Notes under the pieces: model-generated | What the model was told of the DNA's origin: nothing | The model's database searches: none | The model's input: the letters and a program-made list of their open reading frames with translations, nothing else | Translations under genes and position numbers: made by a program | Part shown: one piece after another, positions 8,702-18,233 of the stretch | How positions within the stretch are numbered: position 1 is the stretch's first letter | How the letters are laid out: each line of letters starts with the position of its first letter | Virus record (IMG/VR): IMGVR_UViG_3300037313_000688 | Location: 1-59,423 of that record | Length of the DNA: 59,423 bases | DNA from: a virus | Taxonomy: Duplodnaviria; Caudoviricetes | Direction: 5' to 3' (one strand)

Positions 8702-9793
8702 ATGGCCGGCTGGACCGTCACCGCCCAGAAGAAGCCGGAGGACAACGCCTCCCAGCTCCAGGCACTGCTGAACAGGGGGGACGACCCGCTCCGGGTGGAG
8801 TTCGGGGATGGGCTGCACTGGTTCCCGGCCGGGGCGGTGAAGGTGCCGACGCACCGCCAGGTGACGTTCTGCGGCCGCGGGAACGCCCGGCTGGCGGCCG
8901 TCGGGTACGGCCGGGTCTTCGGGTTCAAGAACGTCCCGGGCAAGGACTGGACGGGCGGGTCGTTCGCCATCACCGACTTCCCCGCCCTGTCCGGAACGGT
9001 CATCGGCTGCTCCGGGCTGAGCGACGACGGCAAGGCGATCCAGCTTGCGAAGTTCCGGATGGCCAACTGCGGGGTGTTCGTGTTCGGTCGGTACGGGGTG
9101 GACATGTCCACCGGGTACTGTTTCGCCCCGGTGTTCGACAATGTGGTGTTCGGGGGCGGCGGGCTGCGGTGGGTGTACGACCGGAAGTCGGCCGAGCCGC
9201 ACGCCACCAGCTGCATGATCGTCCGGGACGTGTGCGTGACCAACGGCCAGGACAACCGGCCCGGCCCCGACCTGATGCTGGAGGGGTGCCAGAACGTGCT
9301 GGTTCAGTCCGTCACCCTCCAGGGGTGGGGGGCGTTCATGCCGGGCGTGGACCCCATCCCGTACCGGAACACGGTCGGGGCGTTCGTGTCGGCCTACGGG
9401 CTGCGGGGCGGCAAGTTGGAGAACGTGTGGCTGGAGATTTACGGCCAGCCGGACGGGTGGAGCAACCTACAGGTCTGGTCGCCGTACAAGAACGGCGGTG
9501 CTTACGCTTCGGGCGAGTTCGTGATGGACAACTGCCGCCCGACCGCCGGCGGGTCCAACAAGTTCGCTGCCCTCCCGGACAAGGACAACGTGGACGACGC
9601 CCGGCTCACCGTCTTGTCCGGCCCGGTCCCGGTACTGGAGGGGAAGGTCCGGCTGACCCGGAACCCGGGGATGAACTCGGTCCACCTGGGGGCCGCCCCG
9701 ACGCAAGGTGAGGTGGACGACGGTCGTGAGCGGTTGGAGCGCAGACTAGTCGCAATGAAGCGATTGGCCGAGCTGAACCTGGAGGACTTCTAG
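8702..9793 (+). CDS. Putative pectin-lyase-like beta-helix protein (depolymerase-like)
   Basis: N-terminal EDNASQLQALLN cap motif followed by beta-strand repeats (FDNVVF, VRDVCV, LENVWLE). Confidence 0.55.
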   Translation: MAGWTVTAQKKPEDNASQLQALLNRGDDPLRVEFGDGLHWFPAGAVKVPTHRQVTFCGRGNARLAAVGYGRVFGFKNVPGKDWTGGSFAITDFPALSGTVIGCSGLSDDGKAIQLAKFRMANCGVFVFGRYGVDMSTGYCFAPVFDNVVFGGGGLRWVYDRKSAEPHATSCMIVRDVCVTNGQDNRPGPDLMLEGCQNVLVQSVTLQGWGAFMPGVDPIPYRNTVGAFVSAYGLRGGKLENVWLEIYGQPDGWSNLQVWSPYKNGGAYASGEFVMDNCRPTAGGSNKFAALPDKDNVDDARLTVLSGPVPVLEGKVRLTRNPGMNSVHLGAAPTQGEVDDGRERLERRLVAMKRLAELNLEDF

Positions 9794-9795
9794 CG

Positions 9796-10230
9796 ATGCC
9801 GACCGTGTTCAGCTTCAACGGTGCCGTGTTCGGGTGGGGGGAGACGGACGCCGACTCGGTATCCGCTGCGTCCGGGACGTTCAAGTGGGCGCCCGGCCTG
9901 CCGTCCGGTGCCCAGAAAGGCACGGGAAGGGTGCTGGCCGGCCAGTCGGCCGTCCTGGCATTCCCCCCGCTGAAGGACGGCTACCCGAACCCGGAGACCG
10001 CCCGGCTCGGCCTGTGGGCCGGGGACGCGGGGCAGGTCGAGCTGACGACGGAGGACGACCCGACGCAGTTCCGGGTGCTGGCCGACGGGACGGTGCTGGT
10101 CGCCATCGACGACTCACAACTGGCCGGGCTGTCGGCCGGCCGGTACGACCTGGAGCTGTGGGACCTGGACGCAGACGCTCCGATAGCCACGGGCAGGCTG
10201 ACCGTGGCGGACTCGGTGCGGCCGGAGTGA
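9796..10230 (+). CDS. Putative fibre adaptor (BppU-N-like), paralog of 14301-14708
   Basis: C-terminal LAGLSAGRYDLELW...IATGRLTVADSVRP pattern. Confidence 0.6.
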   Translation: MPTVFSFNGAVFGWGETDADSVSAASGTFKWAPGLPSGAQKGTGRVLAGQSAVLAFPPLKDGYPNPETARLGLWAGDAGQVELTTEDDPTQFRVLADGTVLVAIDDSQLAGLSAGRYDLELWDLDADAPIATGRLTVADSVRPE

Positions 10231-10262
10231 TCGCCCGTTACCTTTTCAGCAGGGGGATGGAG

Positions 10263-10958
10263 ATGCGAGGTCTGTTAGCGGCGGTGGTGGTCGGACTGAC
10301 GGCGGCGTCCGGTCCGGCACAGTTCTACCCGTACAACGCGGCGGCGGACGGGACGCAGGTGGGGATCGGGTACGACGCGGCCGGCCAGCACGCGGCGGTC
10401 AAGCCGGCGAACGGCTCTCCGGTCATGTTGGCCGACCCCCCGAACCTGACCAACCCGGCCGGGTACGCGATCAGCGCCGACGGGAAGTGGGCGGGGGGCA
10501 ACGCGGGCGGCTGGTACACGAACACCAGCGGCGGGTCGATGTTCACCTCCTACTCCCTCCAGCCGGTCCGCTGGAACGTGGCGGCAAACACGGCCGAGGT
10601 TCTGGCGGTCCCGAACTATACGTACTACGCCACGGTGGACGTGCTCCAGCCGGACGGCAGTGCGGTCGGCCGGGCCTACACCTGGTTCGGGATGCAGGCG
10701 CTCACCTGGCCGGCCTCGGTGACGACTAGCCGGGTCGGGGGGAAGGCGAAGGCGGCGCCCGTCCAGCCGTTCGCTGCCGGCCCCGTCGTCCCGCACCACG
10801 CGGTTCCGGGCCACGCCCCGCCGACCGTCGGGTTCGCTCCGCAGTCGCAGTCGCCGCAGCCGATGCCCGCCTACGCCCCGGCGGCCTCGGGGGGGTGCGG
10901 CTGCGAACCGGCCGTCGCCCCGCAGCGGCGGGGGCTGTTCCACCGGTTCCGTCGTTAA
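10263..10958 (+). CDS. Secreted protein with HAF-repeat-like segment and basic C-terminus
   Basis: Signal peptide MRGLLAAVVVGLTAASGPA; GYAISADGKWAGG; Pro-rich linker; ends RRGLFHRFRR. Confidence 0.7.
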   Translation: MRGLLAAVVVGLTAASGPAQFYPYNAAADGTQVGIGYDAAGQHAAVKPANGSPVMLADPPNLTNPAGYAISADGKWAGGNAGGWYTNTSGGSMFTSYSLQPVRWNVAANTAEVLAVPNYTYYATVDVLQPDGSAVGRAYTWFGMQALTWPASVTTSRVGGKAKAAPVQPFAAGPVVPHHAVPGHAPPTVGFAPQSQSPQPMPAYAPAASGGCGCEPAVAPQRRGLFHRFRR

Positions 10959-10982
10959 CCGAACCGGTCCCGGAGGACGGAC

Positions 10983-13214
10983 ATGGCACAGTCGCTCAAC
11001 GACGGACGCACCGCCACCCCGGTGGACTGGACCGGGGCGACCGCGGACGACGTGGTCCCAGTCGGCAACGTGGACAGGCTCGTCTGGGTGCGGGCGGTCC
11101 AGTTGCTGGAGCGGCTGATCCGCCAGTCCGGGGCCGGTGACGTCCTTATCGACCTGGCGGACCTGGCCCCGGGGGCCGGGCTGCTCGCCGTCAACCCGGC
11201 CGACGGGTCCACCGCCCGGGTGGACCCGGCCACCGTCGGCGGGTCCGGGACGCCGGGGTCGGGGACGGTCACGTCCGTCGGCGTTGCCGTCCCCTCGGCC
11301 CTGCTCGGGGTGTCCGGAACCCCGGTGACGGGGAGCGGGGTCATCACCCTGTCCCTGCCGACCCGGTCGGCGAACACGGTGTTCGCCGGTCCGACGACCG
11401 GCAGTGCCGCCACCCCGGCGTTCCGGTCGCTGGTCGCGGCCGACATCCCGGCTCTGGCTTACGACGCGACCGGGACGGCGGCCGGGCTGCTGTCCGCCCA
11501 CACCGCCGCGTCCGACCCCCACCCGCAGTACACGACCGCGGCCGAGCTGGCGGCCGCCCTCGCCGTCTACACCCCGACGTCCGGGCTGGCCGCCGTGTCG
11601 TTCAGCGGCGACGCCGCCGACCTGTCCGGCACCCTGTCCGACAGCCGGCTGTCGGCGAACGTCCCGCTGCTGGTCGGCGGGGTCTTGCCGACCGCCTACC
11701 TACCCGCTCTGGCGATCACCAGCACGTCCGTCGTCGCCAGCCAGGCGGCGATGCTCGCCCTGCCCGCCGAGACCGGGGACGTGGCGGTCCGCACGGACGA
11801 GGGCAAGACGTACATCCTGTCCGGCACCGACCCGACCCAGCTCTCCCACTGGACCTGGCTGCAAGCCCCGTCCGGCGGGGTGACGAGCGTCAACGGCCAG
11901 TCCGGGGTGGTGGTCCTTGCCGCGGCCGACGTGGGCGCCCAGCCGGCCGACGCCACCCTGACCGCCCTCGCCGGAATTACGGTCGCCGCGAACAAGCTGA
12001 TCTACGCGACCGGGGCGGACACGTTCACCACCTGCGACCTCACGGCCTTCGGGCGGACCGTGATCGCCTGCGCCGACGCGGCGGCCTTGATCGCCGCGTT
12101 AGGACTTGCGACGGTCGCCACCACCGGGGCGTACTCCGACCTGTCGGGCAGGCCGACCCTGGGGACGGCGGCGGCCCTGAACGTCCCGAGTTCCGGGAAT
12201 GCGGCGGCCGGGGAGGTGGTGAAGGGGAGCGACACCAGACTGACCGACAGCCGCACCCCGTCCGGGTCGGCCGGCGGCGACCTGACCGGCACCTACCCGA
12301 ACCCGGTCCTGGCCGCGTCCGGGGCGACGGCCGGCACGTACACGAACCCGACCGTCACGGTGGACGCCAAGGGGCGGATCACCAGTGTCAGCAACGGCAC
12401 CGGCGGCGGGGGCGGGACCGTCCAGCCGTCCCAGATCGACCACCGGCTGACGACCGAGAGCGGGGTCGCGGTCAGCACCAGCGACCGGACCAGCCAGAGC
12501 ACCCTGTACCTGACCCCGTACAAGGGCACCCACGTCAGCCTGTACGACGGGTCGGCGTGGCAGGACCGGACGACGGGCGAGGTCTCGCTCGCCCTGTCCG
12601 GGCTGACGAGCGGCAAGAACTATGACGTGTTCGCCTACTACACGGGCAGCGCGGTGGCCCTGGAACTGTCCGCGGCGTGGGCGAGCGACAGCGCCCGGAC
12701 CGACGCCCTGACCACCCAAGACGGGGTGGCGGTCAAGTCCGGGGCGTTGACTCGCCGCTGGGTGGGGACGATCCGCACCACCAGCACCACGACCACCGAG
12801 GACAGCCAGGCCAAACAGTTCATCTGGAACGCGGCCAACCAGGTGTACCGCACCCTGTACGCCTACAACAACACGTCCCACAGCTACGGCACGGCCGCGT
12901 TCCGCGAGTGGAACGGGGCCACTAACGTCCACTGTGTCGAGTGGGTGGCCGGCGAGGTCGGGGTGGTGGCGAGCAGCGGGTGGATCGAGTTCAACGCCCC
13001 CGGTGGAGCGACATCCATCGCCACCCTGAGCCTGAACAACGTGGCGGCTGAGGGGAACGGGGCCGCGCTCAACCAGTCGAGTGGGTACGTGCGGGCCAAC
13101 CCGGGGTTCGTCCAGGTGGGCCGGGCCGGGTTCAACCGGCTGACCGTGACCGAGTACGCGACCAGCTCCTGCACGTTCAACGCCTACAAGATCAGCGGGG
13201 GGGTGTGGGCGTGA
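10983..13214 (+). CDS. Fibre protein built from mosaic fibre motifs
   Basis: GTVTSVGV, HTAASDPHPQY, SQAAMLAL..GDVAVRTD, QPADATLTALAG, GGDLTGTYPNP, VTVDAKGRIT. Confidence 0.85.
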   Translation: MAQSLNDGRTATPVDWTGATADDVVPVGNVDRLVWVRAVQLLERLIRQSGAGDVLIDLADLAPGAGLLAVNPADGSTARVDPATVGGSGTPGSGTVTSVGVAVPSALLGVSGTPVTGSGVITLSLPTRSANTVFAGPTTGSAATPAFRSLVAADIPALAYDATGTAAGLLSAHTAASDPHPQYTTAAELAAALAVYTPTSGLAAVSFSGDAADLSGTLSDSRLSANVPLLVGGVLPTAYLPALAITSTSVVASQAAMLALPAETGDVAVRTDEGKTYILSGTDPTQLSHWTWLQAPSGGVTSVNGQSGVVVLAAADVGAQPADATLTALAGITVAANKLIYATGADTFTTCDLTAFGRTVIACADAAALIAALGLATVATTGAYSDLSGRPTLGTAAALNVPSSGNAAAGEVVKGSDTRLTDSRTPSGSAGGDLTGTYPNPVLAASGATAGTYTNPTVTVDAKGRITSVSNGTGGGGGTVQPSQIDHRLTTESGVAVSTSDRTSQSTLYLTPYKGTHVSLYDGSAWQDRTTGEVSLALSGLTSGKNYDVFAYYTGSAVALELSAAWASDSARTDALTTQDGVAVKSGALTRRWVGTIRTTSTTTTEDSQAKQFIWNAANQVYRTLYAYNNTSHSYGTAAFREWNGATNVHCVEWVAGEVGVVASSGWIEFNAPGGATSIATLSLNNVAAEGNGAALNQSSGYVRANPGFVQVGRAGFNRLTVTEYATSSCTFNAYKISGGVWA

Positions 13215-14254
13215 CCGTCCTCCGCCGCGACCGCCCGGCCGTCCGCCCGGCCGGCACCGTCATCGACCACGGCGGGGCCGCGGACTACAGCTCCCAGCTG
13301 TACGACCCGGCCCTGTACTGCGTCAAGCCGGGGGACGCCAGCAAGCGGCTGCTGTACCTGTCGGTCATGGGCGCCCCGCTCGGCTCCGGGACCGGCCAGG
13401 GCGGGGTGTTCCAGGTGGACCCGGCGCTGGTGGAGAGTCCCAGCGGGTACACGTACCTGGGGCTGGCGGTCCCGGAGGGCGGGACCGGGGCGTGGGACCA
13501 CGGCGGGGCGCGGCTCGGCACCGGGTTCGTCAAGGATGGGACGGTCTCCCTGTACTACACCGGCGGGGTGCCCGGGTCGGGCACGTCCATCGGGCTGACG
13601 ACCTCCGCCACCGGGCTGCCCGGGTCGTTCACCAAGCACGCCAGCAACCCGCTCCTCACCCCGACCGGCAACGGCCGGAACGACGGCGACCACGTGAGCG
13701 AGCCGGCGGTGCTGACGGACGGGCCGGGCGGCCCGCCGCTGCTGGTCAACGGCACGTACTGGCTGATGTACGGCTACCGGAACGGCGGCTCGGTCCTGCC
13801 CGGCTACCGGCTGGCCACCAGCCCCGACCTCGTGTCCTGGACGAAGTACACGGCCGTCGGGGACGTGCTCACCCGGTCGCCGTACTACGCCGAGTGGCAC
13901 CAGTGGTACTACGAGGCCGGGCTGTACTGGCTGATCTACGAGACGGGCGGGGCCACCACCACCACCTACCCGTTCCGGATCGGGGTGGCGTGCAGCGGGG
14001 CAGTGGCCGGCCCGTACACACCGCTGCCGACCGGGTGGCTGCTGGAGGCGTCCGGCGACCCGGCCCGGTTCGACCGCTATCACGTCGCCACCGCCGCCCA
14101 CTACCGGGAGGGGGCGGTCGACCTGCTGTTCTACCAGGGCGCCTCCGACCACCTCCAGCCGTACTACACGAACCCGTGGGACATGGCCGTGGCCCGGCTG
14201 GTGTCCGACCTGGGGTTCGCGGCCGGCGGCGGCCGGGGGCGGGGCGGGCGGTAG
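13211..14254 (+). CDS. Five-bladed beta-propeller glycoside hydrolase-like protein
   Basis: GTGA coupling to the fibre gene; repeated blades YDPAL, LYYTG, IGLTTS, KHASNPLL, SEPAV, WLMYG, ATSPDLVSWTK. Confidence 0.75.
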   Translation: MTVLRRDRPAVRPAGTVIDHGGAADYSSQLYDPALYCVKPGDASKRLLYLSVMGAPLGSGTGQGGVFQVDPALVESPSGYTYLGLAVPEGGTGAWDHGGARLGTGFVKDGTVSLYYTGGVPGSGTSIGLTTSATGLPGSFTKHASNPLLTPTGNGRNDGDHVSEPAVLTDGPGGPPLLVNGTYWLMYGYRNGGSVLPGYRLATSPDLVSWTKYTAVGDVLTRSPYYAEWHQWYYEAGLYWLIYETGGATTTTYPFRIGVACSGAVAGPYTPLPTGWLLEASGDPARFDRYHVATAAHYREGAVDLLFYQGASDHLQPYYTNPWDMAVARLVSDLGFAAGGGRGRGGR

Positions 14255-14300
14255 TGATCTAGGGCGCTTAATAGCTGCTCATGCCGGAAGGGGGTGTGAG

Positions 14301-14708
14301 GTGCCTGAGCTGATCGGGTTCGACGGACAGGTGCTCGCGTTCAGCACCGACAACACCGGTCCCGGGACCAGTGACCTGCTCGGGTACTGGTCCCCGGACT
14401 ACCAGAAGGACACGCGGAACCAGGTGGTCCGGGCGAAGGCCGGCCAGCCGGTCAAGGTCGTCCTCCGGCCGTTCGACACGTACCCGGTGGTGTCGGACGT
14501 TACCCGCTTCTACCTAGAAACCGATACCGAGGATGGAAGCGAACGCATCTGCCAGGTGTCCCCTGATAACATGATCGAGTACGTCCTGCCGGTCCGGGAC
14601 ACCGCCGCACTCGGGCCGGGCACGGTCCGGTGGGAGGTGTGGGCGGACGACGGCCCCCGGCCCCTGGCGGTCGGCATCCTGGTCCTGTCCGGGACGGTCA
14701 AGCCCTAA
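14301..14708 (+). CDS. Putative fibre adaptor, paralog of 9796-10230
   Basis: N-terminal IGFDGQVLAF and C-terminal TAALGPGTVRWEVW...LAVGILVLSGTVKP. Confidence 0.6.
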   Translation: MPELIGFDGQVLAFSTDNTGPGTSDLLGYWSPDYQKDTRNQVVRAKAGQPVKVVLRPFDTYPVVSDVTRFYLETDTEDGSERICQVSPDNMIEYVLPVRDTAALGPGTVRWEVWADDGPRPLAVGILVLSGTVKP

Positions 14709-14724
14709 CCGCGGAGCGTGCCAT

Positions 14725-15201
14725 ATGTCGAACCAGAGCAAACTGTTGCCCTCTAGCGAGATCCCGGACGGGCCGGTGGTCGAGCTCAACCAGCCGCCGA
14801 AGGACGGTAGCGCTGTTATGCGACCGCTGGCCTCTACCGCGGCGGCCGCGGCGACCAGCGCGTCCGTGGCCACCGCCCGTACCCTGATCGAGTCCGGCAG
14901 CATGGGCCTGAGCGGGATCTGGCGGGTGGTCGGGAACGTCACCGCCGTCGCTTTCGTGTGCGGCATGTTCTTCCTGATCTTCCAGAACTGGACCCAGACC
15001 CAGAAAGCCATGCTGGACTACGAGCGGGTCGAGCGGCAGAAGGACCGGGAGGAGCGGTCCCGGGACCGCGACGCCGCCAACAGCGAGCTCCGGGCGCTGA
15101 CGACCGAGATCCGGACGGACCGGGTCGAGACCCGCCAGCTGCTCGGTGAGATCCGAACCCTCGTTCAGACGATGAGGCTGAACGCCACCCGAAAGGAGTA
15201 A
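14725..15201 (+). CDS. Single-TM coiled-coil membrane protein (holin-like candidate)
   Basis: Hydrophobic VVGNVTAVAFVCGMFFLIF followed by a charged coiled coil. Confidence 0.6.
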   Translation: MSNQSKLLPSSEIPDGPVVELNQPPKDGSAVMRPLASTAAAAATSASVATARTLIESGSMGLSGIWRVVGNVTAVAFVCGMFFLIFQNWTQTQKAMLDYERVERQKDREERSRDRDAANSELRALTTEIRTDRVETRQLLGEIRTLVQTMRLNATRKE

Positions 15202-15207
15202 CCGCCC

Positions 15208-15867
15208 ATGCCGTTTTCCAGTCCCAAGAGGATAGAGTCCGTCATGCTCGCGGTCGCCCTGCTGGCTACTTTCACCGGGTGGGCGCTCATGCGGGCATAC
15301 GCCGACTCCGAGGGGTGGTCGAACCACACGGTCCAGGTCCGCCGCGAGTTGGCACTCCTGTCGAGGGACGTGGCGGACACCCAGCGGGGGCAGCGCGGCT
15401 ATCTGATCACCGGCCGGGCGGAGTACAAGGAGCCTTACGAGTCCGGCCGGGAGAGCATCCTGACCCGGCACGCCCACCTGGTCGATCTCACCGCCGACAA
15501 CCGGGTCCAGCAGGAGCGCCTGGCGGCGATGAAGGTCAGCATCGACGACCTGCTGGACGAGCTGGGGTGGACCGTCGGCCAGGTGCGGACGAAGATGAAG
15601 GACGACGCCTACAAGATGGTGGACACGGGGAGGGGCGAGCGGGCCATCCGGGCCATCCGGGCGGACCTGGACGACTGTACCGCCGAGGAGGACCGGCTGC
15701 TGCTGGAGCGGATCCAGCGGGAGACGCTTTTGTTCCGGGCGGTGATTACGTCCTGCATCCTGGTCGGTATCATGTTCGGGGTCTGCCTGGTGGCGGTGTG
15801 GAGCCGGGTTAGGATTCGCCCGAGGCCGACCGTGTACGTGGGGCCGGAGCGCCGGAAGTCCTGGTAG
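15208..15867 (+). CDS. Stand-alone CHASE3 sensor domain protein with two TM helices
   Basis: TM, then WSNHTVQV...DTQRGQRGYLITG...YKEPY...LTADNRVQQERL...AEEDRLL, then TM; only a ~20-aa cytoplasmic tail ending YVGPERRKSW. Confidence 0.9.
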   Translation: MPFSSPKRIESVMLAVALLATFTGWALMRAYADSEGWSNHTVQVRRELALLSRDVADTQRGQRGYLITGRAEYKEPYESGRESILTRHAHLVDLTADNRVQQERLAAMKVSIDDLLDELGWTVGQVRTKMKDDAYKMVDTGRGERAIRAIRADLDDCTAEEDRLLLERIQRETLLFRAVITSCILVGIMFGVCLVAVWSRVRIRPRPTVYVGPERRKSW

Positions 15868-15888
15868 TCGCCCGAACCGAGGTGTGCC

Positions 15889-16044
15889 GTGCTTTACACG
15901 ATCCTGCTGATCCTTCTGATCCTCATGCTGGTCGGGGCACTCCCGGCCTACCCGTACTCCCGGTCGTGGGGGTATTACCCGTCCGGCGGCATCGGCCTGG
16001 TGGTGATCGTCCTGCTGATCCTGCTCTTGACAGGGAGGTTGTAA
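15889..16044 (+). CDS. DUF3309-family small membrane protein (not in the ORF track)
   Basis: Hand translation from GTG: MLYTILLILLILMLVGALPAYPYSRSWGYYPSGGIGLVVIVLLILLLTGRL; GAGG RBS; TAATG coupling to the next gene. Confidence 0.88.
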   Translation: MLYTILLILLILMLVGALPAYPYSRSWGYYPSGGIGLVVIVLLILLLTGRL

Positions 16045-16343
16045 TGGCCGCCGAGTCGTTCGAGGTGACGGTCGAGGGGGTCGTCAACAGCATCAATTTC
16101 GTCCCCGGACGGAGCGACGGGCTGGTTGACGTGTGCCTGGACGGGAACGACCGGTTCTACCAGCTCGCCCTCCGGTACAAGGACAGCGAAATAACCGTGG
16201 ACGGGTGCTCCGAGACCTCGTTCGACCACCTGGCCTGTTGGCTGTTCAACAACCGGTGCCGGGTGAAGCTGTATCCGCGGGCGGACAGGTACGAGCTGTC
16301 CACCAAAGCGGAGTTCACCGGACTGTACAAGGGGGACCGATGA
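16044..16343 (+). CDS. Hypothetical protein
   Basis: GGAGG RBS, ATG 16044 (MAAESFEV), 99 aa, coupled on both sides. Confidence 0.7.
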   Translation: MAAESFEVTVEGVVNSINFVPGRSDGLVDVCLDGNDRFYQLALRYKDSEITVDGCSETSFDHLACWLFNNRCRVKLYPRADRYELSTKAEFTGLYKGDR

Positions 16344-17179
16344 AGGCGACGTTTCTAACTCTGTTCCTGGCGGCATCGCCGTTCCTGGTCGGCCAGGAGC
16401 CGGCCGGGCCGGTGGTCAACCCGATCAGCGACGCAATCGTCCTTCCGGACTGCGGGCAGGCGCTCGCCCCGACCAACGTGCCGAAGGTCGGGGCCAACGT
16501 CCTGTACGTGTTCGACGTGCCGAAGGACTGCCTGGTCCTGGTCAGCCCGCCCGGGATCGCCACCGTGACCAAGGAGGCCGGCCCTCTCAAAATGAAGGGC
16601 CGGTTCATCGACAACGCCAACGTCAGCACCCGGACGTACAAGGGGAAGTGGGTCTATCAGATCGACCCGGTCCCCGGCGTGTCCGGGCGGGTGGAGGTGC
16701 TCGTCATCCCGGTCGGGGCGACCAACGAGAGTCAGGTCGCCCGCAAGCTGCTGGACATGGACGGGGGCGGGCCGGCCCCCAGCCCGGGGCCGACGCCGGT
16801 CCCGCCCGGCCCCCAGCCGCCCCCGAACCCGGGGCCGACGCCGCCGCCGGCCCCCAGCGTGCCGATGAGCGGGATCGTGTTTATCGAGGAGACGGACGCC
16901 GCCCAGACGGCCCGGAACACGTTCCTGAACGACCCGGCGTTCGTCGCCCGGCGGACGCAGAAGAACATCAAGTTCCGGACGGCGGACAAGGACGTGGTCG
17001 GGCCGGACGGCCGCCCGCCGGCGGACCTCGTCGAGTTCCTAGACCTGTCCAAGAACAAGGCGTACCCGCAGGTGTTCCTGGTCGGCTACAACAACGGCAA
17101 GCGGGTCATTCTGAAGCAGACCGACCTGCCGAAGACGATGACCGAACTTCTCAACCTGATGTCTCAGTACGGGGGGTAA
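16340..17179 (+). CDS. Secreted two-domain protein with Pro-rich linker
   Basis: Signal peptide MKATFLTLFLAASPFLVG; PAPSPGPTPVPPGPQPPP linker; C-terminal thioredoxin-like alpha/beta domain (YPQVFLV) without CxxC. Confidence 0.75.
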   Translation: MKATFLTLFLAASPFLVGQEPAGPVVNPISDAIVLPDCGQALAPTNVPKVGANVLYVFDVPKDCLVLVSPPGIATVTKEAGPLKMKGRFIDNANVSTRTYKGKWVYQIDPVPGVSGRVEVLVIPVGATNESQVARKLLDMDGGGPAPSPGPTPVPPGPQPPPNPGPTPPPAPSVPMSGIVFIEETDAAQTARNTFLNDPAFVARRTQKNIKFRTADKDVVGPDGRPPADLVEFLDLSKNKAYPQVFLVGYNNGKRVILKQTDLPKTMTELLNLMSQYGG

Positions 17180-17180
17180 C

Positions 17181-18011
17181 GTGAGCAACCAGGTGATCGA
17201 CGAAATCGTCCTTCCGGACGGCAGCAAGCGGCGGCTCGGGAACAACCCGAGCAAGCCCCGGCTCGGGGCGATCCCGGTGTACGGCCAGGTGCCGAACACC
17301 CCCATCATCCCCCGGACCGAGTGGATCGCCCGCATCGACGCGGTCGGCAACGACTGGTCCAACCCGTACCTGCCGCCCGTCTACGACCAGGACGGGATCG
17401 GGATGTGCAACGCCAGCGCCACCGTCTCGGCGATGGAGATGCAGCGGGCGATGCAGGGACTCGGGTACGTCAATCTGTCCGCCGGCGACCTGTACCATCG
17501 GATCTGTGGCGGGTCGGACAACGGCTCGACGCTGGAGGACGGGATCGCCGCCGCCATGCAGGAGGGGGTGGCGAAGACCGCCGTCTGCCCGTACCTGAAC
17601 TGGCAGCGGACGGCCAGCGGGGCGGAGGACGACCGGAAGAACTACCGGGTGCTCGAAGCCTACCTGTGCCCGACGTTCGACCACATCATGTCCGCCGTCC
17701 TGAGCGGGTTCAGCATGGTCAGTGGGATCTGGTGGTACGACAGCTACACCAACCTGGACAAAGACGGGTGGCTGCCGCCGGCCCGGGGCGGCCGCGGTGG
17801 GCACGCCGTCCACGGGTACAAGGCGGCGTACCGAGGGACCGGCGGGAACATCGAGTTCGGCGTTCGGCACAAGAACAGTTGGACCCAGCAGTGGGGGGTC
17901 AAGGGACTGGCCGTCTTCCCCGAGCGGGTCTACCAGAGTCACGACATCGGCGGCTGGTGGGCAGTCCGCAGTGTCGTGGATGAGGGGAACGTCCTCCCCG
18001 TCAACCAGTAA
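17181..18011 (+). CDS. Papain-like (C1) cysteine peptidase
   Basis: QDGIGMCNA (oxyanion Gln and catalytic Cys), NLSAGDLY, GGHAV (His), KNSWTQQWG (Asn). Confidence 0.92.
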   Translation: MSNQVIDEIVLPDGSKRRLGNNPSKPRLGAIPVYGQVPNTPIIPRTEWIARIDAVGNDWSNPYLPPVYDQDGIGMCNASATVSAMEMQRAMQGLGYVNLSAGDLYHRICGGSDNGSTLEDGIAAAMQEGVAKTAVCPYLNWQRTASGAEDDRKNYRVLEAYLCPTFDHIMSAVLSGFSMVSGIWWYDSYTNLDKDGWLPPARGGRGGHAVHGYKAAYRGTGGNIEFGVRHKNSWTQQWGVKGLAVFPERVYQSHDIGGWWAVRSVVDEGNVLPVNQ

Positions 18012-18023
18012 CGGGAGGCGTCA

Positions 18024-18233
18024 ATGTGTGGAGGGTGCTACCCGTACTGCCTCGGTAAGCGGTTGGACGACATCGAGGCCAAGGTAGACCGTATTCTCGC
18101 CCAGCTCGACGGGATGACCTCCGCCGAGACGCAACAGGTGACGCGCCAGTTGGCGGACGTCGCGGACAAGCTGGACGCCGTGGGCGGGACCAGCTCACAA
18201 ACTCGCCCGAAACCTAAGGTCGGAGGGAAGTGA
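18024..18233 (+). CDS. Small coiled-coil protein
   Basis: GGAGG RBS; heptad pattern LDDIEAKVDRILAQL. Confidence 0.65.
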   Translation: MCGGCYPYCLGKRLDDIEAKVDRILAQLDGMTSAETQQVTRQLADVADKLDAVGGTSSQTRPKPKVGGK

